Shown here one piece after another: positions 12,689 to 25,569 of a stretch of DNA of 64,000 bases. The notes under the pieces were generated by a model. That model was not told the origin of the DNA. It saw only the letters and a program-made list of their open reading frames with translations, and searched no databases. The stretch lies in the NCBI RefSeq assembly GCF_006345805.1, contig NC_043000.1:71486001-71550000 (forward strand), in the 5' to 3' direction. Numbering within the stretch: the first letter of the stretch is position 1; each line of letters opens with the position of its first letter. The position numbers and the translations under genes were made by a program. This stretch comes from Octopus sinensis (lineage: Eukaryota).

Positions 12689-13826
12689 CCCTTTACCATT
12701 CAGATTATTCTGTCAAATATAATGCATATTTATTCACTGGCACAAAATTCAGAGAGATCCTACCCCTGCTGGCAACAAAGGGCATCTCTCACAGAGTGAG
12801 AGGCAGATTGTTTGATACTTGTGTGCAAACAGCTATGCTGCATGGCAGTGAAACATGGGCTGTGACAGCTGAAGACATGCATAGGCTTATAAGAAATGAA
12901 GCCAGGATGCTCCTCTGGATATGCAATGTCAGTGTGCATGTACAACAGAGTGTAAGCATCTTGAGAGAAAAGTAGGGTATAAAAGGCATCAGATGTGTGC
13001 AAGAGACAACTTTGTTGGTACAGTCATGTGACGCGTATGGTTGAGGAGAGCTGTGTAAAGAAGTGCTGATCTCTAAATGTGGAGGGAACTTGTGGTAGAT
13101 GTAGATCCAGGAAGACATGGAATGAGGTGGTGAAGCATGATCTTCGAACTTTGAGCCTCACAGAAGCAATGACTAATGACCAAAACCTTTGGCAATGTGC
13201 TGTGCTTGAGAGAAGCCATCAAGCCAAGTGCACCGGTGCTGGTGGCATGTAAAGAACACCTTTCAAGCGTTGGGCTTCACAGAGGCAAAGTAGTTGAGTT
13301 CCTTTCGAGTGTTGAGTCTTACAGAGGCAATGACCGAGACCTTTGGCATTATGTTGTGCTTGAGAAGACCCATCAAGCCGAGCAAAATCACAGCCGTGGC
13401 AGATACCAGTGTCACACATTTTGGCACCTAAAAGCACCCTGGTGTCACATAAATGGCACCTAAAATCACCCTGGTGTCACACAAATGGCACCTGTGCCAG
13501 TAGCATTACACTCTTGGAGTGGTTGGCATTAGGAAGGACATCCAGCTGTAGATAACCATGCCAAATCAGACCGGAGTCTGGTGCAGCCTTCCAGCATGCC
13601 AGCCCAGTCAAACTGTTCAACCCATGCCAGCATGGACAACGGACATTAAATGATGATGGTTTTGAAATCATCATACCTTACCTCATACTTTAGAAATTTC
13701 AAAGATGTCATTCACTATTTTTAGAATGATGTTGTAGGGTAGGTGTGAGAGGCCAGATCTGGCTGGTTTGAACATAAAACAGGTAGAAAATTTGGGCCAG
13801 ATATGGCCAGCTTAAATGCTAAAGGG
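12689..13826. mobile_element. piggyBac-type MITE carrying a nested RTE fragment
   Basis: TTAA at 12685-12688 and 13827-13830; termini CCCTTTACCATT and AATGCTAAAGGG are inverted repeats with one mismatch. Confidence 0.8.
12737..13660 (+). mobile_element. Degenerate RTE LINE 3' fragment
   Basis: Homologous to 6405-6900 (catggcagtgaaacatggg...), followed by the RTE tail ending gatgatg. Confidence 0.85.
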
Positions 13827-14527
13827 TTAAATCTACCACATTAACCAGTTAGATTAAAAAGTAGTCATGATATAAAAGCTAAGAACTATTATTCAACTTT
13901 ACATAAAAATCAAAGAGCAATGAAAAGAAAATATAAAGCTGGAGAAAAAGAAAACAGTTATTTTTTGAGATATTCTACCTGTCATTAATTTAAAAAAAAT
14001 ATATTTTGATGTTTTTCCAACATGAGTGGGATTTCAGCAATTGGTTTTAACACTGGATGCTCATCCTACAACTCATTTGTGAAGCAAGGACTGGGAAATC
14101 ATTTTTTGCCTGTCAATCGAACTTAAGGAACAACATGATTGTATTAAGTAATTAGATTTGACATAAAAACCATGTAAGTGATAGACTAGTACAGATCACA
14201 AATGGTTTTCTGAATGGTTAAGTGTAGCCTTCAGAAAGAAGTCCAACATGTGAGAAAAACAATATATTGGAATATAAATTTAAAGCTTATCATTTCAACT
14301 AACTTAAATTTTAGAAATACCGATTTATATTTCTTTAACCGCACATGTATTTAAAGTAACTGGAATTGTGTTTAAAACAGAAATCCAAAGACATTTTTAT
14401 GCAAAAATGAAATTTTCTTTAATATTACAGTGGGAATGCCCATTCTGAAACTTTGGTTTTCACAATTTAAGTTTTTATGAATAATTATATTTTATAAAAT
14501 ATTAAGTTTAGCAAATAAAAATGTTTA

Positions 14528-14855
14528 AGCACATGGTTCCAGGTTCAGTCCCACTGCATGGCACCTTTAGTGTCTTCTCAGGCTGAGCAAAGACTTGAGT
14601 GGATTTGGTAGATGAAAACTGAAAAAAGCTTGTTGTGTATATACATATGTGTGTGTGTGTGTGTGAATCTTTGTGTCTGTTTGTCCCCCAAATGGTGTTG
14701 GTTTGTTTACATCCCTGCAACTTAGTGGTTTGACAAAAGAAACTAACAGAATAAGTACCAGACTTTAAAAAAACTACTGAGTTGATTCATTCAACTAAGA
14801 ACTCTTTGAGGCAGTGCCCCAATATGGCCACAGTCTAATGGCTGAAACAAGTTAA
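14528..14855 (+). mobile_element. 5'-truncated tRNA-derived SINE
   Basis: catggttccaggttcagtcccactgcatggcacctt...gtggatttggtag matches 39539-39915. Confidence 0.75.
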
Positions 14856-14869
14856 AAATACGAACCCTT

Positions 14870-15560
14870 TCTCAGCCTTCATTCTTTCTGGTTTCCTTTT
14901 CTTCTACCTTACTGTCTCTCCCTCTCTCTCTCTCATTCTTCATTCTTTCTGGTTTCCTCACAACCATTCCTTTTTTTTCTCTCCCTTTCTCTTGCTCTTC
15001 CTCCTCCCTCCCGTCGTTGACCCACAACGAGAGCTCTGCTACTGTTTTTTTGACCTGGCTTCCTTGAAGTGTTGACGGCATTTTCTGTTGTTCCTTCGCC
15101 GTTCTCAAAAATAGCGTTCGTAATACTTTATCTCGTTCGGCTTAACAGCCCTTCTTATCTTGTTATTCTCCTTGTCCTGTCTTTTACTGTTTATATTTTG
15201 TACTGTCGTTACTGTCCTGTTTTTGTTACCATTTTTACCCCTCCGCAAAAAGATCTCAAATTTTATTTAATTTGCTTTTCGCGGGAAGGAAAGTTTCTAT
15301 CGAAGATGCGTATCGCCTTCACCTTCGAAACGCAGAGTAGATGAAACCATGGCGACTGAAGAAGGGGAATTTTCCTTGTGTTATTTGTCCTGTACTCTAT
15401 TTTTTCGTTGTTTAAGAAAAATGTCCAGTTCCTTGGTTTTGTGTTTATGTTTTCGTTTCTCGTTGTATTTGACGTTTTTTTGGTGTCCTGTACCCATATA
15501 TGCATGTACATATACATGCAGAGGTAGGTACGTACATATATGTATGTATATATGCATGTG
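14870..15560 (+). repeat. Dispersed repeat, probably a Penelope-like pseudo-LTR (homolog of 7690-8320)
   Basis: Inverse-orientation homolog of 7690-8320; contains ccttcGAAAc and CTGAAGAagggg motifs. Confidence 0.6.
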
Positions 15561-15572
15561 TTTTATTTATTA

Positions 15573-15610
<38 letters not shown>

Positions 15611-15959
15611 TTATATATACATACATAAATATAAGAGAGAGAGAGAGAATTAAGGTAAGGTAACTGCTATGCTAATGACATCTGTTGAAATATAAATACA
15701 TATCCATAAGTGTCCTCTTGCTTCCAAACAGACTGTCTTTTTCTTAATAACAAGTCAATTTTGGAGAATTCTTAAGATTACCGCCCCTTCTCATTTGGAG
15801 CTGTACCCAACTGCCACCAACTGATTGTTCTACCTTCCCTGAGATTGGAGATAATGTCAATAAATCAAGAAACCATTTGATTTTCAGGTGAGGAAGTTAG
15901 TTGATACCACTGACCCCAATACTATATTTAATTACCCCAAAAAAGTGAAACAGTAAAGC

Positions 15960-18372
15960 TATCATCATTATCATCATTTACTGTCCATTTTCCATTCTGG
16001 CATGGATTGGATGGTTTGATAGGAGCTGGTAAGACCAGGTTGCATTGTTTCTTTTGGCATAGTTTCTACAGCATGGTTTCCTAAAGCCAACCACTTCAGA
16101 GTGTGCTGGCTGTTTTTTACATGGCACCAACACCAATAGGGCTGCCAAATATCTTGCAAGTCAAAAAAAAAAAAAAGCTAAAAACACCTCAACTGGGAGT
16201 GGGGGTAAATATTGGCAGGGTGGCTTTGTGCTAGTTGAGGGATTAAAGGTATAAAGGGTCAAAGATAGCTGTCTTGCTGTAGATACATAGATTATCCAAT
16301 TGGAAGGGAAAGCAAAGTGAGTTAGAGAGTAAGATACAAAAACGATAGCAATAGTGAGAGAGACATGCCAAATATATGTTGGAACATACCCTCAAGGGAC
16401 TTTGTGGGTTGTGAAAATAAGTGAAGTGACACTGAAGTTTGGACTAGGCGAGTGGGCAGGATAGAAGTGATTATAGTAAATGATGGAGAGAAACTTAGGA
16501 GAGACTTGGGGACAGGGGTCACAGTAGATATGTAAGGGCATTGTAGGTGACAGTGGATAAGGGAGGTGTTAATGTTGGAGAACAGCACAGCAGGGAAAAG
16601 TCACAGAAAGGAGGTGTAGTGATGCTACTGTGTAGGGTTCAGCGCGCATGCGCAGAATGGGACTACTTCCGGGTGGCTACCGGAAGTCTTCCCCATGCGC
16701 ATGTGCGGGAAACGATCCCTTAGGCCCGCTAAACTCAATTCTCTCTCTCTGGCAGACAGCCAACGCGAACAGACGTGCATTTCGTAGACTCTGATAACCT
16801 CACCGACTTAGCCGCGAACGACATCGAACCACTTCAACAAACGAACAAGAAGCTGTGCATCAGAGGCTGTCGTTCTCCCATCAGATATATGTACGCCATC
16901 GCAATTAATAAACAAACTGCTGTCTTTCACCTATAACCTGACTTCGTCTGTTATGTCTTACTAAATTGTATGTGACGGGATCGGATTGACACCCTTTCAG
17001 TGATACCGATACAGATCCTGTTACAGAGGCAACTGGTGGAGACAGTAGACAGGGGAAGATAATGGGAAATGGAAGTGATTTGGAGTGGGGAAGAAAGGTA
17101 ACTGAGAAAGCAGGGTATGTAGTATGTATCCATTCTGCTCTCAGGTGATAGAGAAGTGATAGGTGTTAGGGTATGAAATGTGTGTGTGTGGGAGGTTGAC
17201 AGGGGAGAGCTCTTTATGGAAAAGCATTACCAGGGTGGTTTTAGGATGTGGTGGTGGGGTCTTCTTGAATACAGCAAGGTGCCAGATATCTTGATCCTTT
17301 GTCATCTTCGTAAAGCTCAGATCAGCCTTCAATATTTTGTCCCATGTCTTCCAGAAGTTCCATCTGCTTTAAGCGATCGGCACTTCTTTAACCAACTGTC
17401 CTCATTCATATGCATCACATGGCCAAACCAGCACAGGCTTCTCTCTTACCACTGCATCTAATTTCTATAATCCTTAAATTTTCTCTCAATACAATAGCAC
17501 TGTTGCATGTGTACACTGATATTGCACATTCAGCAGAGCATACTAGCTTCATTCCTCTCCATTCTGCACTTGTCCTCTACATTCAGGGCCCATGTGACAT
17601 TGCTGTTCATATACATGTATCATACAACTTTCCTTTCACCTAGAAAGGTTTTTGGTTGACAGTAGGAGTAAAAGCTCTCTGAACTTTCTCCATCCTGTTC
17701 TTATTCTAGCAATTAGACTTTCAGTACATTCTCCTTCTCTGATAATTAGGTCACCTAAGTAGCAGAAATTTTCCACTACCTCTAAAGAGCCTCCAGAGCA
17801 TTTGAGAAAATCAATTTTCTATGTATCTGTAGACTTTATGGCTCCTGGGCATCTTCCTCATACAAACACTACTTTCTCTGTAAACCTTCCTATTATTATA
17901 CTGCACCTCTTCTGTGTCCATGGCTTGCTCTGAATTTCTGCCTATACCTTTCCTACATATTCAGCAGGGACATTTAACTGAAAGGGTTAGGATCCTGTCT
18001 GTTTTCTAGCTTACTAGAATCTTGGTCTTAGCTAAGTTAATTTTGAGGCTCTTTGATTCCAGATTTTGCTTCCACACCTGGAATTTCTTTTCTAGTTCCA
18101 GTACGGATTCTGTTATGAGAGCAAGATCATCAGGTTATAATAGTTTCCATGGGCAGCTGGTCTTAAATCATTTTGTTAGGCCTGGAGGACGATGATGAAC
18201 AGGACAGGGTTGAAGAATGAACCTTTGTGAACACTTACCTCTAAACTAGATCCATCACTGGATTCATGGCTAACTCTTACCTTACTAACTGCACCACTGT
18301 GCATGGTCTGTATTGCTTTCATAAGCCATTTGTCTACACCTAGCTTCCTCAGATACCATCATATCACAGAGC
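15960..18372 (-). mobile_element. Old RTE LINE 3' half, interrupted by a solo LTR
   Basis: Tail at ~15960-16100, purine-rich reverse 3' UTR, and degenerate RT at 17270-18370 (reverse of the KLG.DKWL, GCPW.LL, KTK, WYG-type segments). Confidence 0.8.
16615..17025 (+). mobile_element. Solo LTR (411 bp)
   Basis: Begins TGTAG, ends TTACA, 4-bp target duplication GAGG (16611-16614 and 17026-17029), internal AATAAA at ~16907, CpG-rich against the flanks. Confidence 0.85.
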
Positions 18373-18434
18373 TAGGCACAAGGACTTGATGGCAGTGAGT
18401 CCTTGTGCAGAGTGAAAGCAGGTATGGGTGGTGG

Positions 18435-18762
18435 TGTAGTGACATCATCTTCACAGTCTTCAGTGTGCGAGTGCGGAGTTGGAATCTTCTAGAAGGTTTG
18501 CGAAGGTTCCCTCATGCACATGCGCTAAAAGACTGACGGAAAAAGTTCTGTCGCATTCCTTGCTTGTGTTGGAGACTCGGGACACGGCCGTTGAACACTG
18601 TAGACGTGCTTTTGATTAACTCCAGATTTGCTGTGTAGTTGCTGACTGACCAAAATGTACATTTCACAATATACCCGAATAAAGAGTTGTATATATTGTT
18701 CGGATGCCTTTCTCGTTTCCTTACGTATACATTTTTTAAAACAAAGAGGAAGAAATCCTACA
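18435..18762 (+). repeat. 5' LTR of the Gypsy element (328 bp)
   Basis: TGTAG...CTACA inverted termini, AATAAA at ~18678, PBS immediately downstream. Confidence 0.85.
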
Positions 18763-18764
18763 AG

Positions 18765-18776
18765 TGGTGACCCCGA
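18765..18776 (+). promoter_or_regulatory. Primer-binding site (TGGTGACCCCGA)
   Basis: TGG-initiated GC-rich motif 2 nt after the LTR end, as expected for tRNA priming. The cognate tRNA is not assigned. Confidence 0.75.
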
Positions 18777-19511
18777 AAACAAGAACACTAGGCCAATTCC
18801 AGCGACCGAGCTATGTTCCTGTCACAGTTCCAGTGATCCAGCTACATTCCTGCTCCAGTCAACGACGCCGCCAACATACCCCAGCAACTCAGGACGTGTT
18901 CCACTACCGTTGCTTTCATCTCGATGACGCCTTTCTCCGCCGTCGCCATCTTCACACTGACGCGACCATCAACACCGACATCTTAGTTTATTGTCGCCTG
19001 TACTCACCAACACGACCAATTTTACTCACGCTGTTAGAGTGAGAATCTTTCAGAGAGGAAAACAGTTGTAGTCTACCTATCTATATCAAGAGACTCGGCA
19101 CAGCATGATAGCCACAACTTCTACACAGGTAGTAACCGTCTCTGCCACGTGACCCACAACATCTTGTTATAGAACTCTTAATATTGTGTACCTCAAGAAC
19201 TGGTAAACTAACTCCACCTTTAACTCTAAGCTGAGACATTCTTTCTATGCTCTGTATTTTGTCTTACATGCATACACCTTGTTTGGTCTTTTGTACACAC
19301 TTACATGAACATGTAGACACAAACACTTGTTGCATGCACTCACACACTCAACTCTGATAGGACTCACACACAAACATTTGTTGGTCCAATTGCTGGTTTT
19401 CTTCTTTTTTAATTTCAATTTATTTTTGTTCCATTTCCTCTTTCATCAGTTTCTACTTTCATTCGTTTTTTCCCTTCCTTTGACAGGATCATCTGTTAAA
19501 TTAAAAACAAA

Positions 19512-20219
19512 ATGTCCTTTGCATCATTACCTGTTTTTACTGGAGATGCAACACTTTGGTTTGCGCAATTAGAGGCACATTTTTCGGCTCATAGTATTTC
19601 TTCTGAGCAACAATTGCAACTTAACTTGCAATTACTGCTAGAGATCTCATTAGAGATCCTAGTCTAGATGCTACTTATGCGTCTGTGAAGGCAGAGATTT
19701 TACGTAGGAATACCAAAAGTGAGGAAAGTAGGTTTAATGAGTTAATGGCAGACGAAGAGTTGGGGGATAGAACGCCGTCACAATTTTTGCACCATTTGAG
19801 AGAGTTAAGCAGTAAATCCACTGACGATCCCCTACTTCGGAAGATTTTTTTTCAAGATTACCTTCCAATATACAAACAATTTTGGCCACAGCACTTGAAT
19901 CAAATACTGTGGACCAAACATCCACCATGGCTGACAAAATTGTTGAATTCTCCGTGCAGCCATCATCATGTGCTGCTTGCGTCTGCTCCGAGGTATCTTC
20001 TGCAGACTCAATTGATGGCCTTTCTAAAAAATTGACATTCTTACCAAAAGGATGGACACGATGTGTCGCTATGGCAAGCGTTTCTCAAGATCGCATAGTC
20101 GTAGTCATTCTGCATCTCGTTCCTCACAGTCAAAGTCCGGACTGTGTTGGTACCACTCCAAATTTGGAGAGAAAGCACACAAGTGCATACAGCCATGCAC
20201 CTTTAAACATTTAAACTAG
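19512..20219 (+). pseudogene. Degenerate Gypsy gag
   Basis: ATG at 19512: MSFASLPVFTGDATLWFAQLEAHF..., middle LGDRTPSQFLHHLREL, C-terminal Cys/His motif LCWYHSKFGEKAHKCIQPC, stop TAG at 20217-20219. Several frameshifts. Confidence 0.8.
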
Positions 20220-20251
20220 CTTTGGAGGAGTTGCGCATGTCAACTTCCTCC
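20210..20251 (+). promoter_or_regulatory. Candidate -1 programmed ribosomal frameshift signal (gag-pol)
   Basis: T_TTA_AAC heptamer (20210-20216) in gag phase, 7-nt spacer, then GGAGGAGTTG / CAACT(T)CCTCC hairpin. The -1 frame is the pol frame. Confidence 0.8.
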
Positions 20252-22866
20252 TCTTCGTTCTCTGGTTATTGTGCATTTTTTGTAAAAGATCTAGTGTCGA
20301 AGAAATTCTTCATGGTAGACACTGGTTCTTGTTGTAGCATTTGGCCTCTGCGTCTTACTAACGACAGGCCAAAACGCTCTAATGTTACTCTGCACACTAT
20401 TGACTCGTCACCAATAGCCACATTCGGGCAGGTTTCGTTACGCCTTGACATAAATCTTCGTCGAGATTTTCAATGGGGTTTTGTCATTGCTGACATTCCG
20501 CATCCTATTTTAGGTGTGGATTTTCTAAATCATTTTGATCTATTGGTAGATGTCAGGCGTCAGAGGCTAGTCGACAATTCGACTACACTCTCCACGCCGA
20601 CTAGAGGATCTACCAATTCAGCTCTTAGCCCAACATTTTTTGTCGCTACATCTGGAGATGTTTTTCATTCTCTTTTGGCTTCTTTTCCAGAGCTAGTCGA
20701 TATTACTTTTAAAATGGCAAAACCCATACACTCGACATTCCATTTCATTACAACTACTGGGCTGCCTGTTTTTTCGTGCCCACGGCGTCTTGCACCTGAC
20801 CGTCTTAAAACGGCTAGGGCTGAGTTTGAGCATATGCTCCAGCTTGGTCTGATACACCCCTCCACCAGCCCATGGGCATCACCCCTTCATTTAGTTCAAA
20901 AAGGGGATACAGATTTTCGCCTGGTGGGAGATTATCGGTATCTAAATTCTGTGATGATTCCTGATAGATATCCAATAAGAATTCTTCAGGATTTTTCAGC
21001 GAATCTTCATGGCTGTACAATTTTTTCTAAGGTTGACCTCATATGTGCTTATCATCAAATACCAGTCAACCGAGCCGATGTTCCTAAAACGGCAATTACC
21101 ACTCCTTTTGGTTGTTTCAAATTTTTATACATGAGTTTTGGTTTGCGGAACGCCACTAGTACATTCCAACGTTTTATAGATGAAGTTGTTCGTGGACTTG
21201 ATTTTTTCGCGTATGTCGATGATATCTTCATTGCAAGTGATACGCATGAAAATCATCTCCAGCACTTGTCTCAGCTATTTCAAGGTCTTTGCGAATATGG
21301 TGTTCGCATTAATCCAGACAAGTGTGTTTTCAGGCAATCTTCTCTTGACTTTCTCGGTCATTGTATTAATTCGAGTGGAATCAAACCTCTCTCGTTTAAA
21401 GTCGATGCCATTCAGCGCATCGCATCTCCTTCTTCTTTACGTCAACTTTGCCATTTTTTGGGTATAGTTAATTTCTATCGACGCTTCATAAACCGGTGTG
21501 CGGACAAGCTGCTTCCTTTAACGCAGCTGCTAAAGGGCAATTCTAAAAAAAGACGCCCATCTTACTCTTTCAGCTGAAGCATTGTCTGCCTTTGAATTGG
21601 TAAAAAAGGAACTAGCTTCAGTTCCTGTTCTAGCACATTCGGCTCCTGATGCTCCACTTTCTTTATCTGTGGATGCATCAGATTCTGCAGTTGGTGCTGT
21701 TTTGCAGCACACCGTAGATGGTGAAACAAAACCTTTGGCTTTCTTTTCTTGCCAACTGCAGCCTGCCGAACGCAGATATAGTACTTTTGATTGGGAGTTA
21801 CTAATGATCTATCTGTCGGTTCGGCATTTTCAGTACCAGCTCAAGGGACGGGAGTTTGTTATTTATACTGATCACAAGCCCCTTACGTTTGCCCTATCTT
21901 CCAAAACGGACAAACTCTCCCCTCGTGCTTTCCGTCACTTGGACTATATTTCTCAGTGTACAAGACACATTCAACATGTGCCAGGGAAGGAGAACGTCCC
22001 AGCTGATGCTCTCTCTAGGCTCCCTGTCAATTCCATTTCCTCTCCTGCAGCAATTGACTTAACTGCTATTTCGCAAGATCAACCACCTTTAGTGGAGTTG
22101 GATTTAACTTCGTCCAAGTTTATCAATTGTAAGTTTGCCTACCTTCCGCACCCTTCAGCTGAAGGCTCTATTCTTTGTGACATCTCCACCGGTTCTCCTA
22201 GGCCGTTAGTACCTGAGAACCATCAACGTTCTGTTTTTGATGCCCTTCATTCATTGTCACATCCGGGCATCTCTGCCACAGTAAAGCTTGTTACTGCTCG
22301 TTTTTTATGGCCCAATATGCGGCGATCGATTACCTCTTGGGCACGCTTTTGCTTGAAGTGCCAGAGGGCTAAAGTCCATAGACACGTTCTTGCTCCACTT
22401 GGACAGTTTTCTTCTCCTGAGACCCGTTTTCGCCATGTCCACCTTGATTTGGTTGGACCATGGCCTGTGAGTTGCGGTTTCTCATATATTTTAACTTGTA
22501 TTGATCGTTTCTCATGTTGGCCGGAAGCCATTCCTATAGCAGACATTTCTGCTGAAACTGTTGCGAAAGCCTTCATGTCTATCTGGATTTCTAGGTTCGG
22601 TGTACTGTCCAGTTTAACCACAGATCGTGGTCGACAATTCGAAGCTGTTTTATTTCATGAGTTATCATGAATCCTGGGGGTGCATCATATACGCACCACT
22701 AGTTACCATCCCGCTTCTAATGGGATGGTGGAGCGTTTCCACAGGCAACTTAAGGCCGCATTGCGTGCCTCGCCGAATCCACAGTCGTGGACTGAATTTC
22801 TTCCTATCATCCAGCTTGGATGTCGGACTGTGGTTAAAGCAGACCTTGGCCTTTCTTCTGCAGAGA
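20222..22866 (+). pseudogene. Gypsy pol (protease, RT, RNase H, integrase), disrupted
   Basis: VDTGS; WASPL, YHQIP, TPFG, YVDD; DASD, DHKPL, ADALSR; HSLSHPG...CLKC, HLDLVGP, TDRGRQF, NGMVERFH. Frameshift near 21550 and stop at 22668-22670. Confidence 0.92.
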
Positions 22867-24985
22867 AATAGGTGGATAAGGTCATAGAGATAGTGAGGGT
22901 GTGCAACAGAGTACTTTTAAATTCAGGCTAGTCTTACAGAATGGAATAGCTACAATTCTCTCTATGCCTCACATGTAGGCCTACCAATTGAACAGAAGGA
23001 TCACTTTTATTATATTCTTCTGCAGCTATCTCAAAGATGAATGACAATGATCTCATCTTTGTGGCTGGAGATTTTAATGGGTATATCAGACAGCAACATG
23101 GTATCTTCCATGGTGTACATGTGGGCCATGGAGTCGAGACAAGAAATGAAAGAGGAACAAGGTTCCTGGAGTTCTGTGGTACAAATAACCTGTTGATCTG
23201 CAACACCAACTTCAGGAAGCCAGTCAGCCACCTGATAACCTATCAATCAGGTGACTCTGCTAGCCAGATTGCTTTCATTCTCACCAGACAGTGGGAAGCA
23301 CGGTTGCTCTTACATACAAAGACCCACCCTGGTGAAGAATGTACCCCACCCCATAAGCTAGTTATTGGTGACTTTAGACTCGGGGCCAGAAGGATGCCAA
23401 AAAGCAAACCAATCTGGAAAAGAAGGACTTGGAAGCTTAAGAACCCTTCACATGGTCAGAAGTTTAGGGATATCCTTACTGAGAAATTTGATGATAGGGA
23501 GGAGGAGTTACAGTCCTGTGACACAGAAGGCAGCTGGGAACTCCTGCAAGACAGCTTGCTGAGCATCACAGACCAAATCTGTGGATGGTGCAAAGTCCCT
23601 GCCAGACCTAGGGTAACATGGTGGTGGAACAATACTGTAGACAGGGCCATTAGAGCAAAGAAACAGGCCTGGAAGAGTGGGAGTAGCAGGAGACTATATC
23701 AGATAGGCAAAAGGGAAGCTAGGAGACAGGTATATATAGCCAAGGGAGTAGCAAAAAAGAATTTTGCCTATGTTCAGCAACATGAGGACCAAAGAACTGA
23801 AGAATTTTGGATTGCAAGACAGTATTTAAAAGAAAACTGTGATGTTATAAGAGAAAAATGTGTCCACATGGATGATGGTGCCCTTGTGTTTAATAATTCT
23901 GCAAAGAAAGAAGCTTGGAGATGCCATTATGAAAGACTGCTGAATGTGGAGAATGAAAGGGAGGAGTAGAGTCTGGCGAAGGTTGACTCAATTGAGGGAC
24001 CAGCTATTCCAATCGACAGTACCCTGATAGATAAAGCAAGACAGGGGAAGTACCTGGCACATCAGGAAACACCACTGAGATGCTTAAAATATTGGGTGGT
24101 GTGGGTTATTGTCTTGTCACCCACATGGTAAATCAGGTAGTTCATGAAGGAGTCATGCCCAATGACTGGTGCAGCAGCACCATAGTTAACTGCTATAAAA
24201 GTAGAAGCTTTAGATAGAAAAAACTACAGAGACATCAATTACTGGATCAAGTGATGAAAGTTACAGAGAGGGTCATAGCCCAACTAATTATGTAGAGAGT
24301 TCGCCTAGATGAGGTGCAGTTTGGTTTTGTGCCAGGCAGAAGCACCACTGATGCTATATTTCTGGTAAGGCAACTGCAGGAGAAATATCTAGCCAAAGAC
24401 AAACCTCTGTACTTGGCTTTTGTTGACTTTATCTGGTGGTCAATGCAGACACTGGGGATAGATAAGTGGCTGGTAAGAGCTGTACCATCCCTGTACAGGG
24501 ACACTGTCAGTAAGGCGAAGGTTGGCAACTAGTATAGTGAAGAATTCCATGTAGAAGTAGTGGTTAACCAGGGATCAGTCCTCAACCCCCTCTTATTTAT
24601 TTTAGTCCTCCAGGCAATAACAGAGGAATTCAAGACAGGTTGCTCCTGGGGGCTCCTGTATGCTGATGATCTTGCTCTAATAGACGAGTCACTGCCAGAA
24701 CTAGAGATGAAGTTTAGGGTATGGAAGCACCCTAAATCAAAGGGCCTTAGGGTTAACCTAGCAAAAACCAAAGTCTTAGTAAGTAGGAAGGCTGACAAAT
24801 CACAAACCCTTTTAGGTAGATGGCCCTGCTTGATTTGTAGAAAAGGCATGGGTAGAAATTCCATGTGATGTACCTGGTGTAAGCTATGGGCACATAAAAG
24901 GTGCAGCAATATCTAAGGAAGTTTAACCGGGAAGATAGTTTTAGTGTGTGGCAGATGCGCAGGGGCAATAAACACGGAAGATGTA
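22863..24985 (+). mobile_element. Degenerate RTE LINE (EN-RT-PHD fragment)
   Basis: ORF pieces AGDFNG, CNTNFRKP, TWWWN, QFGFVPG, LLYADDL and WPCLIC are collinear with 4080-6270; many stops and indels. Confidence 0.9.
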
Positions 24986-25569
24986 AGGGAAGCCTACATA
25001 TTTTGAACTCAGTACATAAAAAGCTAGAAGCACTACAAGCCACTTTTCCAAAAACTTAATGATTCTGCCACATTGATACACACACATACATGCATCACAA
25101 CCATATGTGCATAGTATGGTGATCTCATATCAAGATAAACAGTACATGACCTTGCAGGTGGGGCCCAGTTAGAATACTCTTCAGGTTGAGTCGCCTATCT
25201 CACTCAAAAGGTCCTTGAATAAGGGTTGTTTAAGGATGTTGAACGAAATACCCATGTTTCCAGAGATGCATTATACAAACCCCAAAGAATTCCTCTCAAC
25301 ACATGGCTACGACGCTCCCCAACTACTTCTGTTTGTGATCAGAGATGCACATATTGTCAGCCACCAAAGGACATGCTCAACTGTTTAAGGTCAGGCAAAT
25401 GACAAGCAAATCTGTGGCATTGAACAGAATATTTGCTGTAGCTCATCTTTTTTATCAAAACAAAACATGTACATGATAACACTTCCAATCAGTTAAGATC
25501 AGAAGCCATGAAATCCAGTGCCTGATATTGCATCAGGGCAATCATTATTATTATTATTATTATTATTAT

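Larger units (their letters stand above)
18435..22866 (+). mobile_element. Gypsy/Ty3 LTR retrotransposon, 3'-truncated
   Basis: 5' LTR, PBS, gag, then pol in the order PR-RT-RNaseH-IN. It ends abruptly within integrase at an RTE fragment; no 3' LTR seen. Confidence 0.93.

Noticed and set aside
16615-18762. The two LTRs as paired ends of one element
   Set aside because: They are not alignable beyond the first few bases, the first has its own GAGG duplication, and the second is followed by a PBS.
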